Shown: positions 18,635-29,178 of the stretch, one piece after another
Layout: each line of letters begins with the position of its first letter
How positions within the stretch are numbered: position 1 is the first letter of the stretch
Source of the DNA: Parcubacteria group bacterium
GTDB taxonomy: Bacteria > Patescibacteriota > Minisyncoccia > Phycocordibacterales > CSBR16-119
Direction: 5' to 3'
DNA: 64,000 nt
Assembly: GCA_943356745.1 (NCBI GenBank)
Contig: CALRFT010000001.1
Span: 139,984-203,983 of the forward strand
Program-made: the position numbers and the translations under genes
Notes under the pieces: generated by a model
Databases searched by the model: none
What the model was told of the DNA's origin: nothing
The model's input: only the letters and a program-made list of their open reading frames with translations

Positions 18635-18988
18635 TTATTTTCGTAATAAATTTTTAAATGCGATTGCTGCTTTTTTGAATACTGAACGTTTCTTCTGAGA
18701 CTGACTTGTTATTTTATATTCAATGGTATCTTTTGCAATATCAATAGCGGCATACAAATCTTCGTGAGTTTCTTCTACTTGAAAATTTTCTTTTCCTTTT
18801 TTAAGTTCAACAAAAACTCGATATACTTCTCCTTGTTTTTGATGATTGGTTGTTCTTCCCAAAGAAACAAAACATTCTGAAGAGTCGTCATAAACTATTT
18901 TTTCTAATAAAGAAAACTTTGACTTCACAAACTGATCAATAGTATCGGTAATCTCAAAATTGTTATAAGACTGGATATATAATTTCAT
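18635..18988 (-). CDS. Ribosome hibernation-promoting factor / RaiA (YfiA family)
   Basis: Short HPF core ending in the EDLYAAIDIAKDTIEYKI signature. Start chosen at MKLYIQ. Confidence 0.65.
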   Translation of the reverse strand: MKLYIQSYNNFEITDTIDQFVKSKFSLLEKIVYDDSSECFVSLGRTTNHQKQGEVYRVFVELKKGKENFQVEETHEDLYAAIDIAKDTIEYKITSQSQKKRSVFKKAAIAFKNLLRK

Positions 18989-19052
18989 AAGGCAAATTTC
19001 CACTTAAAACTATTAAACTCCGACATGTTCATTATATCACGAGTAAAAAAGA

Positions 19053-19277
19053 CTATTTATCGACAATATCAAAAATCTTTGATGGTTTATGATGACCAGA
19101 TACTATTTTTACTTTTGAAACTGGAACTTTGAAATATGAAGCTATTATTTCAAGTATTTTTCTATTTGCCATGTTTTGTTCGGGTTTTTCTTTGACAGAA
19201 ACAACAAATCTTCCGTTATTTCCTCCTCGCAAAAACTCTTGTTTTTGGCCTGTGAGAGCTGTAATTTTTACATACAT
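19053..19277 (-). CDS. DUF167 (YggU-like) family protein
   Basis: 74 aa with GGNNGRF..VKEKPEQNMANRKILEIIA..VSKVKIVSGHHKPSK pattern. Confidence 0.5.
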   Translation of the reverse strand: MYVKITALTGQKQEFLRGGNNGRFVVSVKEKPEQNMANRKILEIIASYFKVPVSKVKIVSGHHKPSKIFDIVDK

Positions 19278-19403
19278 GTTTGTAATAATAGCATAAAAAC
19301 ATTGTAAAATAAGGTTTTTTATAATTACATAATACTTGACTTATTTATATATATATGTTAATATTTTAACAAATCAAAACCCGATAATTTAAATTCTAGC
19401 TCT

Positions 19404-20216
19404 ATGAAAAATTCAATTATTTTCCTTTTTGCAGTACTTTCTGTAACTCTTTTCTCTTGTGGAGATCAAGAAAACTCTCAAGAAAAAAACTATTGTCACA
19501 CCGAACTTATTCCTACAAATCTCACAACATCTGTTGTTGGAGATATGGAGATTGTTCGCACTGGTCAAAGTATTTCTGGTATTGTAAAAGACCACAAAAA
19601 ACAAGTCCATGGTTACACCAAGGAAATGTTTTTAAAGGATAATCCTAACATTGCAAATCGTAAACCGTATGCAAAAATGAATCCTTGTGATTCTACAAAG
19701 ATTTCTTATGTGAGTATTCCAGTGTACTCTGGCGATACTGTATTCTTGCGATTAGCACTTATGATTGACACCCTACCCGGTGAAGACAAATCAATCAAGT
19801 GGCACAAATCACCAAACAGCCCCATTCATCACATTATCGATCAAGATGAAAATGGCTGGGTGATAGTTGAAGATAAGGATATTGTTTGTGATAATTCTTT
19901 TACAAACAGTATCCCTCCAAAGACTGACTATCCTTCTGAGGATAGTGGTGTTCCGTGTTGGTATTTTCTTACAGGAATTCCAAACTGGTTCTGGGTAATT
20001 CTTATTGTTATTTTCTTCGCGTGGTTTATCCGCCATCAACACAAAAAAACTCGCGATGTAATTAACAGTAACACAAATTATCAATCAGAGGACACAAGAC
20101 GACACGTAAGTGGAGAACACTCAGAAACTCGAAATGGTATGTCTGAAGTTGCTAAAGAGATTGGTAAATCCAATGAACTACTGCAGAAGATTTTGGAAAA
20201 TGGCCAAGCAAAGTAA
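19404..20216 (+). CDS. Hypothetical lipoprotein with C-terminal TM helix
   Basis: Lipobox-like LFSC signal and a TM segment WFWVILIVIFFAWFI. Confidence 0.4.
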   Translation: MKNSIIFLFAVLSVTLFSCGDQENSQEKNYCHTELIPTNLTTSVVGDMEIVRTGQSISGIVKDHKKQVHGYTKEMFLKDNPNIANRKPYAKMNPCDSTKISYVSIPVYSGDTVFLRLALMIDTLPGEDKSIKWHKSPNSPIHHIIDQDENGWVIVEDKDIVCDNSFTNSIPPKTDYPSEDSGVPCWYFLTGIPNWFWVILIVIFFAWFIRHQHKKTRDVINSNTNYQSEDTRRHVSGEHSETRNGMSEVAKEIGKSNELLQKILENGQAK

Positions 20217-20228
20217 CAAATTGAATTT

Positions 20229-20261
20229 AAAAAGCCCGAACAAATTGTTCGGGCTTTTTTG
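20229..20261. terminator. Bidirectional intrinsic terminator
   Basis: AAAAAGCCCGAACAAATTGTTCGGGCTTTTTT. Confidence 0.7.
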
Positions 20262-20276
20262 TATGTTGTTTATACA

Positions 20277-20780
20277 TTACGCAAGGTTATGCAAAAACGC
20301 ACCAACAAAATACGAAACAAGAGCTGCAATTCCTCCTACTAAAAGAGTTTCGAAAGATGCACGAATACGATTTTGTCCTGTGATTCCACCTTTAATGAAA
20401 CCAATTACAACAAAGGCAACGGAGGTGAGTATACAAGAAACCAAAAACTGTTGCCCTTGAAACCAACCAAACGCCATCTCAAAAACAAACGAAACTAATG
20501 GCGCGAGACCAAGTAAGACAAATGAGACAAATGTTACAGAAGCTGTTTTAAGTGGCTTTTTTGAATCATCACCACCGAGACGCTGCTCTGCTCGTGAAGC
20601 AAGGAAATTTGAAGATGCCATCGAAAAACCATCTGCAAGCACATTGGAAAAACCGAGAATGAGAATAATTCCAGGACTAAGACCAGCACCAACAACCCCA
20701 GCAACAATTGCAAAAGTTGTTACAATTCCATCAATTCCTCCGTAGATAAATTCTGGTAAATATTTTTCTTTATAATTCAT
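20277..20780 (-). CDS. VIT1/CCC1-family membrane protein (putative iron/manganese transporter)
   Basis: YGGIDGIVTTFAIVAGV signature plus hydrophobic C-terminal half. Confidence 0.65.
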   Translation of the reverse strand: MNYKEKYLPEFIYGGIDGIVTTFAIVAGVVGAGLSPGIILILGFSNVLADGFSMASSNFLASRAEQRLGGDDSKKPLKTASVTFVSFVLLGLAPLVSFVFEMAFGWFQGQQFLVSCILTSVAFVVIGFIKGGITGQNRIRASFETLLVGGIAALVSYFVGAFLHNLA

Positions 20781-20781
20781 A

Positions 20782-21240
20782 TTACGTGTGAGATATCATT
20801 AATTCTAGATCTCTTAAAACTTCTTCTGCGTGAATTGCTGGTTTTACATTTTTGTAATGCTTCACAATTTCACCGTTTGGATTAATCAAAAATGACTCTC
20901 GTTTAATTCCGATAAACATTTTACCAAACATAGATTTTTCTCCAAGCACATCGAAACTTTTCATAACTTCCCTTTCCGTATCTGAAAGAAGCGGAAATGG
21001 TAAACTAAATTTTTCTTTAAACTTTTTATGTGACGAAACACTGTCACCAGAAACCCCAAAGACAATTGCATTATATTTTTTAAACTCAGCCCAAGAATCT
21101 CGAATTTGACATGCTTCTGTTGTACATCCTGGAGTATCATCCTTTGGATAAAAATAAAGCAAAATCCACTGACCTTTGTAGTCAGTGAGACAATGCTCTT
21201 TATTGTTTTCATCAAGCAAACAAAAAAGTGGTGCTTTCAT
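20782..21240 (-). CDS. bcp: Peroxiredoxin, Bcp-type (AhpC/TSA family)
   Basis: FYPKDDTPGCTTEAC active-site motif. Confidence 0.8.
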   Translation of the reverse strand: MKAPLFCLLDENNKEHCLTDYKGQWILLYFYPKDDTPGCTTEACQIRDSWAEFKKYNAIVFGVSGDSVSSHKKFKEKFSLPFPLLSDTEREVMKSFDVLGEKSMFGKMFIGIKRESFLINPNGEIVKHYKNVKPAIHAEEVLRDLELMISHT

Positions 21241-21243
21241 ATA

Positions 21244-21504
21244 CTAATTATTTGGAATTCCATCCCCTCCTAAAATAACAACTCCGTCATCCTCTTCTGA
21301 AACTGGATTAATAATGTCTTGAATTTCTTCTTCTGTTTCTGAAATTTCAGCGGATATCTCTTCACTAGAAACTGTTTCTTCAGGGACGGTTTCTACAACT
21401 TCAGAAGCACTACTATCATTTCCTGATAAAATACCACTTTTAATAACAATAACGATAACTACAAAAAGAAATATAATAGCAAGAATACGTAAAAATTTTT
21501 TCAT
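21244..21504 (-). CDS. Small secreted/membrane-anchored acidic protein, hypothetical
   Basis: N-terminal hydrophobic helix then an E/S-rich tail. Tightly packed between bcp and hisS. Confidence 0.3.
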   Translation of the reverse strand: MKKFLRILAIIFLFVVIVIVIKSGILSGNDSSASEVVETVPEETVSSEEISAEISETEEEIQDIINPVSEEDDGVVILGGDGIPNN

Positions 21505-21510
21505 ATATAT

Positions 21511-22836
21511 TTAAAAATCAATAGCTTGTTTTATAAGGTCTGAAAATTCGAAAGTCTTTTGTTCTCGAGTTTTAATATTTTTAATTGATACAGTTGTATT
21601 TTCTTCTTCCTCTGTCCCAAGAATCACCACATATGTTGCTTGTGTAGATTCTGCGTAGCTAAAAATATCTCTAAATTCATTTTTTGAACCAACATAAACA
21701 TCAACTACAGAATTATTTTTTCGAAGCTCCGAAGCAACTTGCGCGGTGTATGAATTTGGTTGCTGAGAAAATACTACAATTTTTTTATTCGTCACAAGAC
21801 TTTCGAGTGCGCCGATAGTTCGAAGCGCTGTCTCGAGACGATCAACACCAACAGAAACTCCAACTGCTGGAAGTGACTGACTTGTAAATCTTTCAACAAG
21901 ATTATCGTATCTTCCACCGGAAACCACCGAACCGAATTCGGGAGCAGAGAGAAGGTTTGTTTCAAACACCGGACCTGTATAGTATGCAAATCCACGAATA
22001 ATTTTCATATCAAAAATTACTTTATCTTCCACTCCGAAATTTTCTAGATATTCTGATATAGTTTCAAGTTCAACAATTCCGGCCTCTGCATCTTGAAAAT
22101 CACCAAAAAATTTTTTAAGTTCTTTAATTGCATCTTGTGGTTTTGCGGCAATATTTGAAAATTGTTTTATTTTTTCAATCCCATCTTCAGCAATTCGAAG
22201 TCTTCTTAATTCTTGAACAAGTTCTTCTTGAGAAATTTTTTCAGCCTTATCAAGAACAATTAAAACTTCTTTCAAAAGATTCTGAGGAAATGAAATAAAC
22301 TGTGGCAAAATATTAAGAATTGTTCGAGTGTTTACACGAACAATAAAATCAGAAACCTGTAGTTCTTTCATAATTTCAGTAATCATGAAAATTATTTCTG
22401 AATCAGCAATAAGATTTTTTGTTCCTACCATATCTGCATCAAACTGCATAAACTGTCGATATCTTCCCTTTTGAGGTCTTTCACCCCGGAAAACGTATCC
22501 TGCTTGATATCGTTTAAAAGGTCTTGGAAGTGCGTTTCCGTATTGACTCACCGCTCGAGCCAAAGGAACAGTAAGATCAAAGCGCAAGGCAACATCTTCT
22601 TTATCTCCACTCAAACGTTGACTTGTTGATTCAAGACGAAACAAATTAAAATCACTCGCGCTTTCAGAAATTAAAATATTCTCAAATTCTGCAACTGGTG
22701 TTTCAAGGGGCAAGAATCCAAATCTTTTATATACTCGAGTAATACATTCAATAATGTATTGTCTTCCAGCAGCTTCAGAAGGAAGAAGATCTCGAAATCC
22801 ACTTGGAGTATTAAGCTTATTTTCGTACATATTCAT
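21511..22836 (-). CDS. hisS: Histidyl-tRNA synthetase
   Basis: GFRDLLP, class-II motif 2 (RYQAGYVFRGERPQKGRYRQFMQFDADMVG), GGRYDNL and GVDRL. Confidence 0.9.
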   Translation of the reverse strand: MNMYENKLNTPSGFRDLLPSEAAGRQYIIECITRVYKRFGFLPLETPVAEFENILISESASDFNLFRLESTSQRLSGDKEDVALRFDLTVPLARAVSQYGNALPRPFKRYQAGYVFRGERPQKGRYRQFMQFDADMVGTKNLIADSEIIFMITEIMKELQVSDFIVRVNTRTILNILPQFISFPQNLLKEVLIVLDKAEKISQEELVQELRRLRIAEDGIEKIKQFSNIAAKPQDAIKELKKFFGDFQDAEAGIVELETISEYLENFGVEDKVIFDMKIIRGFAYYTGPVFETNLLSAPEFGSVVSGGRYDNLVERFTSQSLPAVGVSVGVDRLETALRTIGALESLVTNKKIVVFSQQPNSYTAQVASELRKNNSVVDVYVGSKNEFRDIFSYAESTQATYVVILGTEEEENTTVSIKNIKTREQKTFEFSDLIKQAIDF

Positions 22837-22943
22837 ATATCCATATGGTACTTGATTTAGACTTATGAATCAAGAAAGAATTTGAATAAAATCAAAAAAT
22901 GTGCTTTAATACCTGAGTTAGAAATAATAGAAAATATACACTT

Positions 22944-23486
22944 ATGAACCTATGGCATGATGTTTCTCGAGGAGATAACACTCCAAACGAGATGAATGTA
23001 ATCATTGAAATTCCAAAAAACTCACCAAATAAGTATGAGATTGATAAAGAAACTGGACTTATCGCACTCGACCGAGCAAATTACTCGGGACATCCATATC
23101 CATTTGACTATGGCTTTGTTCCTCAAACACTGTGGGATGATGGAGATGCGCTTGATGTAATTGTACTTACAACTTACCCTCTCAATGTTGGTATTCTTGT
23201 ACGAGTTCGACCTGTTGCTGTTATGGAAATGATTGACGGTGGAGAATCTGACTACAAAATCATCGCAGTTCCTATTGATGACAAACGATGGGATGATGTT
23301 CACGATATTTCTGATCTTAACAAACATAACCTGAAAGAATATCGACACTTTTTTGAAACATATAAAGATTTGAAAAAAGATGATGGTAAAAAATCAGTTG
23401 AAATTCTTGGATACAAAGGAAAAGAAGAAGCAATGAAAGCAGTTGAAAAATCAATTGAACTCTACAATCAAAAATTTGCAAAATAA
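22944..23486 (+). CDS. ppa: Inorganic pyrophosphatase (family I)
   Basis: PYPFDYGFVPQTLWDDGDALDVIVL and DYKIIAVPIDD. Confidence 0.9.
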   Translation: MNLWHDVSRGDNTPNEMNVIIEIPKNSPNKYEIDKETGLIALDRANYSGHPYPFDYGFVPQTLWDDGDALDVIVLTTYPLNVGILVRVRPVAVMEMIDGGESDYKIIAVPIDDKRWDDVHDISDLNKHNLKEYRHFFETYKDLKKDDGKKSVEILGYKGKEEAMKAVEKSIELYNQKFAK

Positions 23487-23516
23487 AAAACGCGTATGCG
23501 TTTTTTATTTTTTAAA
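23484..23516 (+). terminator. Intrinsic terminator after ppa
   Basis: AACGCGTATGCGTT followed by a T-run. Confidence 0.55.
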
Positions 23517-23542
23517 TACCTTGTTACAATTAAAATACAAAA

Positions 23543-24628
23543 ATGTTTTCAAAAGTAAAAGCAGCACAAAAAAAATACAAACGCACTATTATCATAGCGG
23601 CGATTATTGGAGGTTTTATTCTTGACGCACTCACACTTCAGCAAATTGATCGTGTTTTTGATAACGCCATTTTCATAACCCACATTCTTATTCTTGGAAC
23701 TTGTATTGCTCTCCTTTTCTCAAAAAATACAGAACGTGGAATCAAACTCAAAATTGCACAGCGTGAAAGATTTATTAATACACTTGTAATATTTTCTTTT
23801 GGTGCACTTTTTTCTGGATTCATAATCTTTTATGGAAGAAGTGGTTCCCTTCTTTCGAGCTGGCCTTTTCTCCTATTACTTCTTGGACTTATGCTTGGAA
23901 CAGAGATAAAACGGGCATATTATGAAAATGTAGTATTCCAAATTTCTTTCTACTATCTTGCTATTTTTTCTTATCTCATTTTTTTCCTTCCTGTGTTATT
24001 TGCTGAAGTTGGGGTTTTAATGTTTCTTGTAAGTGGTATCGTCAGTTTATTTGCAATTTTTTTATACCTTCAAATTCTCAAGAAAATTAATACTGAGATA
24101 TTTCGAGAGTATATTCCAAAAATCAGACTTCGAGTATTTATAATTTTTGTTCTATTTAATATTCTCTATTTTACAAATATCATTCCCCCCGTTCCTCTTT
24201 CACTTAAATTTAAAGCGATCTATCACTCGATAGAAAAAACTGGAGACAACAGCTACCTTGGAACATACGAAGAAGCTTCTTGGTATAACATTTTTGAAAC
24301 AAGAAGTAGAACAGTTCACAAAGAAGAAGGTTCTCCAGTGTATGTTTTTGCTTCTGTATTTGCACCAACCAGACTTGAAACTGACATATATCATTCATGG
24401 CACTACTACGATAAAGAAAATGTCCGTTGGGTAAAAACAGACAGGATAAGAATTCCAATATCTGGCGGAAGAGATGAAGGATTTCGAGGATATTCAAGAA
24501 AACAAAACTTATGGCCTGGAAAATGGAAGGTTATTATTGAGACAGAAAGAGGCCAAAGACTTGGACAGATTCGATTTAGCATTTCAGATAAAAATATAAC
24601 TCCACAATTAATACAAGAGCAGCTATAG
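23543..24628 (+). CDS. Polytopic membrane protein with a C-terminal soluble domain, hypothetical
   Basis: About 6 TM helices followed by a ~130-aa hydrophilic domain (WHYYDKENVRWVKTDRIRI..). Confidence 0.4.
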   Translation: MFSKVKAAQKKYKRTIIIAAIIGGFILDALTLQQIDRVFDNAIFITHILILGTCIALLFSKNTERGIKLKIAQRERFINTLVIFSFGALFSGFIIFYGRSGSLLSSWPFLLLLLGLMLGTEIKRAYYENVVFQISFYYLAIFSYLIFFLPVLFAEVGVLMFLVSGIVSLFAIFLYLQILKKINTEIFREYIPKIRLRVFIIFVLFNILYFTNIIPPVPLSLKFKAIYHSIEKTGDNSYLGTYEEASWYNIFETRSRTVHKEEGSPVYVFASVFAPTRLETDIYHSWHYYDKENVRWVKTDRIRIPISGGRDEGFRGYSRKQNLWPGKWKVIIETERGQRLGQIRFSISDKNITPQLIQEQL

Positions 24629-25864
24629 AAGCTGCTCTTTGTATTTTGTAATAGCCTCTTCAAGAATTGGTTTTTGATTTTCTGGAATAGGCGCCGCGCT
24701 TGGAGACTTTGTTTCAAGAGGGTGAACCAAAGCACCATTTTTATACATTTCATAATGAAGATGTGGACCAGTTGATCTTCCGGTTGAACCAACAGCGCCA
24801 ATCAAATCTCCTTGTTTTACCTTTGCTCCCTTGCTTACATAAATTTTTGAAAGATGGGCATATGCAGTTGCAAATCCTTGCCCGTGATCAATTTTTACAA
24901 AATTACCATAGGCACCATTCCATCCAGAATACACAACTGTACCGTCTCCTACTGTTTCAATTGGAGTTCCTGTGTCGGCTGCAAAATCTATCGCTCTGTG
25001 AGTTTTAAAGGTTCCCAAAATTGGATGTTTTCTATTAAGCGAGAATCCTGAAGAAATTCGTTTGTAACTAAGTGGTGTTTTCAAAAGAAGTCTTTGTGTT
25101 GCTTCACCATCTTCATTGTAGTATTTATTATTGCCTTTTGAATCTTTCACAAGATAACTAAAAAATTCATTTCCTTCATTTACAAAACGCCCAGCAAGCA
25201 AGTCTCCTGTTCCAGCAAATTCCCCGTTTCTATATCTATTTTCAAAAACAAGAGAAAATTGATCACCCTCTCGAATACTTGAAGTGAAGTCAACATCCCA
25301 CGCAAAAACTGTTGCAAGTTCCATAATCATTCGATCAGTCAATCCAGCATCTAGTCCAGATGAATAAAAAGATTCAGAAACCACCCCACTCACAACAGAT
25401 TGTTTTATTTCATAGACAATATCTTTTCTCTCAACAGAAAAACCATTTTCAGTTTTTGAAATCAAAAGCTCTTCTGTGTTATTAATGTCATATGAAAAAG
25501 AAATAAGAACACTATCTTTTTCAATAATTGAAATAATCGAATCTTTTCTGATTTTTGTAATATCAAAAACTTCTTTAATTTGTTCAATCAAAACAAGAGA
25601 ATCTTCGTAAGAAATACCTAGTTGAAGTTGAAATATTCCAAGAAAGGTATCACCTTCTTGAATAGTATAGGTTCTTTTTTGATTTTCTGTTTTTTGTTCC
25701 ATCAAATCTGGATCTTGATTAACAGACTGAGATTCTTCACGTGCATTTGTAGAAGATCCAGAAAAAGTAGAGATAAACAAAGAAACAAAAACAACAGCAA
25801 TCACGGTGATTCCGCGATATACAAGGTTTCTTTTGCGTATTGAACGCATGTATTCCATAGACAA
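24623..25864 (-). CDS. M23-family peptidoglycan endopeptidase
   Basis: HRAIDFAADTGTPI..GAYGNFVKIDHGQGFATAYAHL..GSTGRSTGPHLHYEM motifs. N-terminal TM anchor. Confidence 0.8.
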   Translation of the reverse strand: MSMEYMRSIRKRNLVYRGITVIAVVFVSLFISTFSGSSTNAREESQSVNQDPDLMEQKTENQKRTYTIQEGDTFLGIFQLQLGISYEDSLVLIEQIKEVFDITKIRKDSIISIIEKDSVLISFSYDINNTEELLISKTENGFSVERKDIVYEIKQSVVSGVVSESFYSSGLDAGLTDRMIMELATVFAWDVDFTSSIREGDQFSLVFENRYRNGEFAGTGDLLAGRFVNEGNEFFSYLVKDSKGNNKYYNEDGEATQRLLLKTPLSYKRISSGFSLNRKHPILGTFKTHRAIDFAADTGTPIETVGDGTVVYSGWNGAYGNFVKIDHGQGFATAYAHLSKIYVSKGAKVKQGDLIGAVGSTGRSTGPHLHYEMYKNGALVHPLETKSPSAAPIPENQKPILEEAITKYKEQLL

Positions 25865-25926
25865 ATATTATATCAAAAAACCTTAGTTTTTTATTAAAAC
25901 ACCATAATTTATGCTATTATACAAAT

Positions 25927-26787
25927 ATGACACTACAAAGAATTATTTCAATTAGTCGACCAAGGTTTTGGATATATGAATTTGGAACTTTTGCTTTTGG
26001 GGCAATCGCAGCCTTTTCAAGTTTTTCAAATTTATTAAACATACAAACTATCATTTTTGGTTTCTATTTTCTTATCCCTGCAAATATTCTTATTTATGGG
26101 ATCAATGATATTTTTGATTATGAGACAGATAAACTCAACCCTAAGAAAGTTGAATACGAAGAATTACTAGAACCAAAAGATCAGAAAAAAGTATGGTGGT
26201 GGATTATTCTCACAAACTTCCCATTTATAATTGCAGCCTTATCTCTTGAAACACCTGCAATGATTTCATTCTTTGCTTTTATATTCTTTGCAAGCTTCTA
26301 TTCAGCAAAACCAATTCGAGCAAAAGCAAGACCCTTCCTTGACGCGCTATTCTCAGCTTGTCACTACATTGCAACTGGAGTATTCGGATACTATCTTCTT
26401 GGTGGTGAATCTTTTCCAACTCTTGGTTTTGTCGCAGGAATACTTTGGGCAGTTGCAATGCATGCATATTCAGCAGTTCCAGATATCAAAGCAGATGAGG
26501 ATGCAAAACTTCAAACTATCGCAACAGTACTTCGAGAAAAAGGAACTCTCGTACTCTGTCTCATGCTTTATGGAATATCAGCATATCTCGGATCAACAGT
26601 CTTAGGAATTGGAGTTCTTATGTATGGACTTGTATATATAAGTCTTATGATTATTTCTCTCAAAAAAGTTGGACCAGGAGGAAGCGGACTCTTTAAAATC
26701 TATACTTATTTTCCATATATCAATCTGGTAGCGGGTGCAGTTATGACCATTTCACTACTTCTGGTTCACCCACTTATTTCAATATAA
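25927..26787 (+). CDS. UbiA-family prenyltransferase (in carotenoid cluster; possibly carotenoid-modifying)
   Basis: NDIFDYETDKLN (NDxxDxxxD) and VPDIKADEDAKL (second D-rich motif). About 8 TM helices. Confidence 0.6.
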   Translation: MTLQRIISISRPRFWIYEFGTFAFGAIAAFSSFSNLLNIQTIIFGFYFLIPANILIYGINDIFDYETDKLNPKKVEYEELLEPKDQKKVWWWIILTNFPFIIAALSLETPAMISFFAFIFFASFYSAKPIRAKARPFLDALFSACHYIATGVFGYYLLGGESFPTLGFVAGILWAVAMHAYSAVPDIKADEDAKLQTIATVLREKGTLVLCLMLYGISAYLGSTVLGIGVLMYGLVYISLMIISLKKVGPGGSGLFKIYTYFPYINLVAGAVMTISLLLVHPLISI

Positions 26788-26815
26788 AAAATCCCCATAA
26801 GGGGATTTTTTATAT
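26786..26815. terminator. Bidirectional terminator between UbiA-family gene and crtI
   Basis: AAAAAATCCCCATAAGGGGATTTTTT. Confidence 0.7.
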
Positions 26816-28330
26816 ATCATTCAAATCTTTGAGTGGTCTTGGGTGTTTAATTCCTCTAATTCGCTTATATGCAAGCTCTGAAGAAATAAGACAAATCGGC
26901 ATTCCAATTCCTGGATTTGTTCCAGCGCCAACATACAGAAGATTATCAATCTTTTTACTTTTATTTCCAGGACGGAGCAATGTTTGCTTGAGTGTATGAG
27001 CAAGTCCAAGTGCGGTACCTTGGAAAGCATTGTAATCTTTTTGGAAATCTTGATGAGCATATAAACTTTCATATTCAATCATGCCTTCAAGATTTGGAAT
27101 ATTTAAATCTTGCTTCATCATTCCAATGATCTTATCTCTATATTCCTTCTTTTGAGATTCAGAAAACTCGAGTCCTGCGGCCACAGGAACAAGAACGAAA
27201 AGCAAATCCTTACCTTCTGGCGCAATAGTTTTATCTGTTTTTGTTGGACAACAAACATAATAAGATGGATCATCTGGGAATTTTGGATTATCAAATACGT
27301 CTTTAAAATTATCCTTCCAATTTACAGAGAAACGAAGATTATGATGAGTAAGTGTCTTAACCTCTTGATTTAATCCAAGATAGATTATAAATGCCGACGG
27401 TCCCATCACTGCCTTATCCCAATACTTTTGTGGGAAGGTTCTATTTTTTTCTTCCTTTACAAGTTTCGTCTCTGTAAAATGCATATCTACATTTGAGATA
27501 ACATGATCAGGAAAAATAACCTCCCCGTTTTCCAACCTAACACCAGTTGCTTTCTTATCTTCAATAATAATTTCTGACACAGGTGTTCCAACTCGTATTA
27601 TAGTTCCATTTTTTCGAGCAATATTTTCCAATGCTTCTATGATTTTATAGATTCCTCCTTCTGGATAGTACACACCCATATCAAAATCTATGAAGTTCAT
27701 AATATTATACAAAGCCGGAGTTTTGTCTGGCGCTGAACCAAGAAAAACAAGAGTATATTCAAGAATTTTTTTCAATCGTTCATCTTGAAACCAACCATCA
27801 AGGTAAGATTCCATCGTTTGAAATGGGTTCATCTTGAGACCTTCTTTCAAAAAATCCATTTGAACGAAATCAAAAACTGAATTATAGTTCCGATACATAA
27901 ACTGCCGTTTTGCTAAGTCATACTGCTTTCCTGAACGTTCTAGATATTTTTTAATTTTTTCAGCAGAACCCTTTTCGAGTTTCTCAAACGTATCAAGATC
28001 CTTTGAAAGATCAGAGTATAAATCAAGGACCGGGAATTCCTTATCTCCTGGGAAAAATACTCTGTACGACGGAGAAAGTTTTATCAGATTAAGATGATCT
28101 TCTATTTTTTCATCAAGTAAAGAGAAAAAATGTTCAAAAATATCAGGCATGAGGTACCATGAAGGTCCCATGTCGAAAGTAAAACCTTTCTCTTTCAAAA
28201 GCCGAGCTCGGCCTCCAGTGGTTTCATTTTTTTCAAGAAGTGTCACTTGATATCCCTGCTTTGCTAAAAGACAAGCAGTTCCAAGTCCTCCAATTCCAGC
28301 TCCGATGATTACAATGTGTTCTTTTTTCAT
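26810..28330 (-). CDS. crtI: Phytoene desaturase (CrtI family FAD-dependent oxidoreductase)
   Basis: N-terminal Rossmann fold (HIVIIGAGIGGLGTACLLAKQGYQVTLLEKN..GGRA). About 500 aa. ATGA overlap with the crtB stop. Start chosen at MKKEH (28330). Confidence 0.75.
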   Translation of the reverse strand: MKKEHIVIIGAGIGGLGTACLLAKQGYQVTLLEKNETTGGRARLLKEKGFTFDMGPSWYLMPDIFEHFFSLLDEKIEDHLNLIKLSPSYRVFFPGDKEFPVLDLYSDLSKDLDTFEKLEKGSAEKIKKYLERSGKQYDLAKRQFMYRNYNSVFDFVQMDFLKEGLKMNPFQTMESYLDGWFQDERLKKILEYTLVFLGSAPDKTPALYNIMNFIDFDMGVYYPEGGIYKIIEALENIARKNGTIIRVGTPVSEIIIEDKKATGVRLENGEVIFPDHVISNVDMHFTETKLVKEEKNRTFPQKYWDKAVMGPSAFIIYLGLNQEVKTLTHHNLRFSVNWKDNFKDVFDNPKFPDDPSYYVCCPTKTDKTIAPEGKDLLFVLVPVAAGLEFSESQKKEYRDKIIGMMKQDLNIPNLEGMIEYESLYAHQDFQKDYNAFQGTALGLAHTLKQTLLRPGNKSKKIDNLLYVGAGTNPGIGMPICLISSELAYKRIRGIKHPRPLKDLNDI

Positions 28331-29172
28331 ATAAAGATTGATATAACAGTTATAATTTTTTTCTTCCAAGATGATAATACATGCTTTTTTGACCAAATAT
28401 CATAATTTGATTTTTCAATTTCGTCTAATATTCCTTCGTATTTACGAGCAGCAACTCTCAGTGGAAATTTTAGTTTCCAAGGTAAGTCTTCAATTCCAAC
28501 CCAAGCTTTTTGATACAAATCTCTACATCTTTGTATTTGAAATTTCATAAAATTTTTCCAGGCAGTTGAGTTTCTCTTAAGCTTGATATCTTCCAAGGAA
28601 ATTTCAAAATGATTCATTTCATCTTCTGGCATATACACCCTTCCCAATATTTCAAAATCTTCTTGTATATCACGCAAAAAATTTGTCATTTGCATAGCTT
28701 CAGCAAAAGCTTGTGCGCTCTTGAGTCTTTTCTGATCATATAAACCAAAGAAATGAAGCATTGTAAAACCTACAACAACTGCACTTCCGTACATATATTC
28801 TTCAAGGTCTACATAATTTGAATATTTTTTTTGTTCAACATCTTGAGACATTGCTTTCAAAAAAGCATCTGCATACTCAAGTGGGACGCGATATTGCTGA
28901 AACGCCTTTTTCATATACCAATGAATATCTTCAATATCTCGTTCGTCCTTCAAAGTCATTTGCCAGTCTTGTATCCAGGAATGTAAAAGTTTCGCTTTTG
29001 AATTTTGGTTTTCTTGCGCGTCAACATATTCATCAGCAGTGCGAACCCACGCATAATACAGGAAAACAACCTCACGAATTTTTCGAGGGAAAAAATTTGT
29101 CGCACGGTAATAATTTACACCATAGCGCTTTATTATATCTTGAGAAAATTGTAAGATTTCCTTATATGTCAT
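28327..29172 (-). CDS. crtB: Phytoene synthase (squalene/phytoene synthase family)
   Basis: YAWVRTADEYVD and MQMTNFLRDIQEDFEILGRVYMPEDE Asp-rich motifs. Confidence 0.8.
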   Translation of the reverse strand: MTYKEILQFSQDIIKRYGVNYYRATNFFPRKIREVVFLYYAWVRTADEYVDAQENQNSKAKLLHSWIQDWQMTLKDERDIEDIHWYMKKAFQQYRVPLEYADAFLKAMSQDVEQKKYSNYVDLEEYMYGSAVVVGFTMLHFFGLYDQKRLKSAQAFAEAMQMTNFLRDIQEDFEILGRVYMPEDEMNHFEISLEDIKLKRNSTAWKNFMKFQIQRCRDLYQKAWVGIEDLPWKLKFPLRVAARKYEGILDEIEKSNYDIWSKKHVLSSWKKKIITVISIFI

Positions 29173-29178
29173 AGTGTT